Origin: an uncultured delta proteobacterium
GTDB lineage: Bacteria; Desulfobacterota; Binatia; UTPRO1
NCBI GenBank assembly: GCA_963797545.1
Contig: CAWCPU010000003.1
Location: forward strand, 54,703-118,702
Length of the DNA stretch: 64,000 nucleotides
Reading direction: 5' to 3'
A program made the position numbers and the translations under genes. Positions 62,972 through 64,000 of the stretch are shown here, piece by piece (within the stretch, counting starts at the first letter, position 1; every line of letters starts with the position of its first letter). The notes beneath the pieces were generated by a model. It was not told the DNA's origin and did no database searches. It saw only the letters and a program-made list of their open reading frames with translations.

Positions 62972-64000
62972 ATGGCCTTCGTCAGAGCGTTGGAGCGTGC
63001 CCTCGTCGCGCTGGCGATCGCCGTGTCGGTCCTCGCCACGCCCGCGCACGCGCTCCAGAAGAGCATCATCCCCCTCCCCGAGATTCTCACCGACCCGAAC
63101 GAAGGGAACACCTATGGGTTTCTCGGGGTCGTGCTCTTCCTCGACGAGCAGAAGGTGATCAAGTACATCCTCGCGCCCGACGTGCGGTACAACAAGATCA
63201 CCGGCGTCTATCCGACCTTCCGCCTCTTCGGGTATCCGACCATCGACAAGAAGTGGAGCATCGTGCTCCGCAAGTCGCAGAACATCGACGAGGACTACGA
63301 CCTCCGCTACGAGGACAACGCGCTCTGGGGCGGCCGGATGCGCCTCTTCGGCAACTTCGAGTTCGAGCAGGACTCGACCGAGCGCTTCTTCGGCTTCGGC
63401 AACAACACCTCGGAGAGGGCGGAGTCCGACTACACCGCGCGCGAGACGACGGCGATCCTCTGGCTCACCTACCGCCTCCAGCCCGCGCTCGAGGTGACCT
63501 ACCAGTCGCGGCTGCGCGTCTTCGAGGCGAAGCGCGGCGGCGTCGACAACGTGCCCGACATCCGCGAGCTGCACCCCGACACGCCCGGTCTTCGCGGCAC
63601 CACCACGATCATCGGCCAGCAGCTCGGGCTCCTCTACGACACGCGCGACGACATCAGCATCCCGACGCGCGGCGGTTTCGGACTGCTCACCGCCGAGGCG
63701 ATTCCCCGCATCATCGGCAGCTCGGTCTCGATCGTGAAGTACGCCGTCGACGTGCGGAAGTTCGTCCCGTTCCGTGAGCGCTTCATCCTCGCCATGCACG
63801 GACGGCTCGACTACATCGGCGGCGACAAGAACGTGCCGTTCTTCGAGCAGAACGACATCGGCGGCCGGCACTCGCTGCGCGGGTTCGGCAGCGGCCGGTT
63901 CGTCGACCGCGATCGGTTCTTCGCGTCCGCCGAGCTCCGCACGCGCGTCTATCGCCGGCACATCTTCGGCGTCAACGCCGAGCTCGAGCTCGCGCCGTTC
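62972..64000 (+). CDS. Outer-membrane beta-barrel protein (Omp85/surface-antigen-like), continues beyond the window
   Basis: Signal MAFVRALERALVALAIAVSVLATPAHA; alternating beta-strand pattern with aromatic-rich segments; not in the supplied ORF list because there is no stop within the window. Confidence 0.45.
   Translation, partial: MAFVRALERALVALAIAVSVLATPAHALQKSIIPLPEILTDPNEGNTYGFLGVVLFLDEQKVIKYILAPDVRYNKITGVYPTFRLFGYPTIDKKWSIVLRKSQNIDEDYDLRYEDNALWGGRMRLFGNFEFEQDSTERFFGFGNNTSERAESDYTARETTAILWLTYRLQPALEVTYQSRLRVFEAKRGGVDNVPDIRELHPDTPGLRGTTTIIGQQLGLLYDTRDDISIPTRGGFGLLTAEAIPRIIGSSVSIVKYAVDVRKFVPFRERFILAMHGRLDYIGGDKNVPFFEQNDIGGRHSLRGFGSGRFVDRDRFFASAELRTRVYRRHIFGVNAELELAPF

Overview
This 64-kb window is ~70% GC and most likely comes from a Myxococcales chromosome. 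The placement rests on delta-60 repeat proteins, Myxococcales-type Cys-rich repeats and PT-rich linkers. Coding is dense on both strands. The high GC produces many long spurious antisense ORFs, which I discarded when the translation was Arg/Ala-rich junk opposite a clearly conserved protein.

Content by region:
- Left ~15 kb (accessory and mobile):
  - large secreted delta-60 repeat protein
  - intact ISAzo13-family IS with perfect 23-bp terminal inverted repeats
  - 5'-truncated radical-SAM fragment
  - 5'-truncated IS91-family (HUH/Y2 rolling-circle) transposase, plus a second 3' remnant of the same type
  - Phd/VapC toxin-antitoxin pair
  - ParD/ParE remnant interrupted by a 777-bp low-GC insert carrying a small secreted Cys-rich protein
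  - two ~75-bp direct repeats flanking a 3.8-kb segment
- 15-21 kb: secreted pectate-lyase-like protein, GT39 membrane glycosyltransferase, DsbA-like fragment, epoxide hydrolase.
- 9.2-11.5 kb and 21-26 kb (housekeeping):
  - topoisomerase IV genes parC (9.2-11.5 kb) and parE (21.1-23.0 kb), ~10 kb apart
  - MarR regulator and Lon protease
- 26-34 kb:
  - RNA-binding (RRM) protein, YheU and a VapBC pair
  - a 1590-aa S53 (sedolisin) peptidase with an unusual internal transmembrane hairpin and a tandemly duplicated Lys-rich C-terminal domain
- 34-50 kb:
  - sensor-domain-less sigma-54 activator, pncA-pncB, MutS2
  - lipid-metabolism neighbourhood: SDR, two acyltransferases, acyl-CoA ligase, CDP-alcohol phosphatidyltransferase, two flippase-like UPF0104 proteins
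  - Mrp/ApbC and a standalone Smr-domain protein
- 50-64 kb: a thiolase-DUF35 fusion, a four-gene same-strand cluster (PSCyt-like secreted Cys-rich protein, DUF1800, DUF1501, HExxH hypothetical), a ferredoxin with a zinc-ribbon extension, and an Omp85-like outer-membrane protein.

The four-gene cluster at 54.2-60.0 kb is the best candidate for an undescribed system; the S53 peptidase locus and the repeat-bounded mosaic at 3.6-7.7 kb come next.

Technical caveat: several conserved genes (parE, lon, mrp, plsC, thiolase, DUF1800, DUF1501 and others) carry clustered +1/-1 frameshifts at C/G homopolymers with otherwise perfect protein conservation. These are most likely consensus errors rather than true pseudogenes, and they complicate ORF calling. 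Long genes such as the S53 peptidase, mutS2, the GT39 gene and the pectate lyase are clean.

No rRNA, tRNA or CRISPR array was seen.
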